The notes beneath the pieces are model-generated. The model made no database searches. It had not been told where the DNA came from and saw only the letters and a list, made by a program, of their open reading frames with translations. The position numbers were made by a program, and so were the translations under genes. From assembly GCA_946566645.1 (NCBI GenBank), contig CAMNWZ010000005.1:1-32000 (forward strand): a DNA stretch of 32,000 nt. The letters run 5' to 3'. Shown here in pieces: positions 31,810 to 32,000 of this stretch (positions are counted from its first letter, which is position 1; each line of letters starts with the position of its first letter). The stretch is from an uncultured Clostridia bacterium. GTDB taxonomy: Bacteria; Bacillota; Clostridia; Oscillospirales; JAAYOS01.

Positions 31810-32000
31810 TCACGCCGCCTTTCTCGTAAAGAAGTAGGTTATGACCGAGCCGTACACCCCCGAAAACAGCGCCAGCGCCTCGCCGTCTATCTCGGTGCAA
31901 AAGATGAGCGCGCACATCACTCCGGTCAGCGCCAGCGTCACCAGGCTCTTGACCTCGAGCAGGGCGGCGGCGCGGCTTGCTATCGAACTCCAAAGTTTCT
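31810..32000 (-). CDS. Holin-like small membrane protein (5' end outside the window)
   Basis: Not in the ORF track. The frame is open from the window end to the TGA at 31812-31810, 3 nt before the GH25 ATG. The translation ...LLEVKSLVTLALTGVMCALIFCTEIDGEALALFSGVYGSVITYFFTRKAA has two hydrophobic segments and a basic C-terminus. Confidence 0.4.
   Translation of the reverse strand, partial: KLWSSIASRAAALLEVKSLVTLALTGVMCALIFCTEIDGEALALFSGVYGSVITYFFTRKAA

Noticed and set aside
1-32000. Transposases, integrases, IS ends, an integron attC array, or restriction-modification or other defence genes.
   Set aside because: No ORF in any frame shows the corresponding motifs (DDE, tyrosine- or serine-recombinase, methyltransferase). 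The only mobile-DNA hints are the non-coding island and the holin-lysin pair at the right edge.

Overview
This is a 32-kb chromosomal segment from a high-GC, spore-forming Firmicute; gene content suggests a Clostridia / Oscillospiraceae-like lineage, but that is inference. It is densely coding, with about 29 CDS that are mostly housekeeping.

Gene content, left to right:
- A conserved sporulation-linked block on the minus strand: MOP flippase, mazG, hup, yabO (S4), yabP and yabQ. A 840-aa BspA-type leucine-rich-repeat (LRR) lipoprotein gene is inserted between yabO and yabP.
- A nucleoside-salvage and radical-SAM block on the minus strand: MBL-fold hydrolase, hemZ, a Udk-like kinase, then punA and mtaD.
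- A MATE exporter.
- A cell-wall block: glpQ, an acyltransferase_3 protein and a membrane-anchored M23 peptidase, divergent from a FemAB-family transferase, an alanine-racemase-like gene and an unlisted 52-aa ORF.
- The glyQS-cca operon.
- A strongly signalled S-layer gene with three SLH (S-layer homology) domains.
- An Mrp/ApbC ATPase.
- The rpsO-pnp operon.
- An HtrA-type protease.
- At the right edge, a holin-like ORF plus a GH25 lysozyme with an SLH-like tail.

I found no rRNA, tRNA, CRISPR array, transposase or recognisable defence system.

Most unusual observations:
1. A 620-bp non-coding island (13.68-14.30 kb) between convergent genes. It is built almost entirely of hairpins and palindromes. 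It is bracketed by inverted copies of a ~30-nt hairpin unit that differ by compensatory stem substitutions, and it is enriched for an AAGGTC / CCCCCTAAGGTC motif.
2. Roughly 3-fold depletion of GATC across the window. It is achieved largely by using ATA instead of ATC for Ile after G-ending codons, and it is relaxed in the apparently highly expressed genes.
3. Two perfect hairpins that bury the Shine-Dalgarno (SD) sequences of sporulation-type genes (yabP and the M23 peptidase).
4. A possible link between the hemZ radical-SAM operon and a deaminase/phosphorylase pair.

All coordinates and counts were derived by eye. Homology calls rest on recognised motifs, not on searches.
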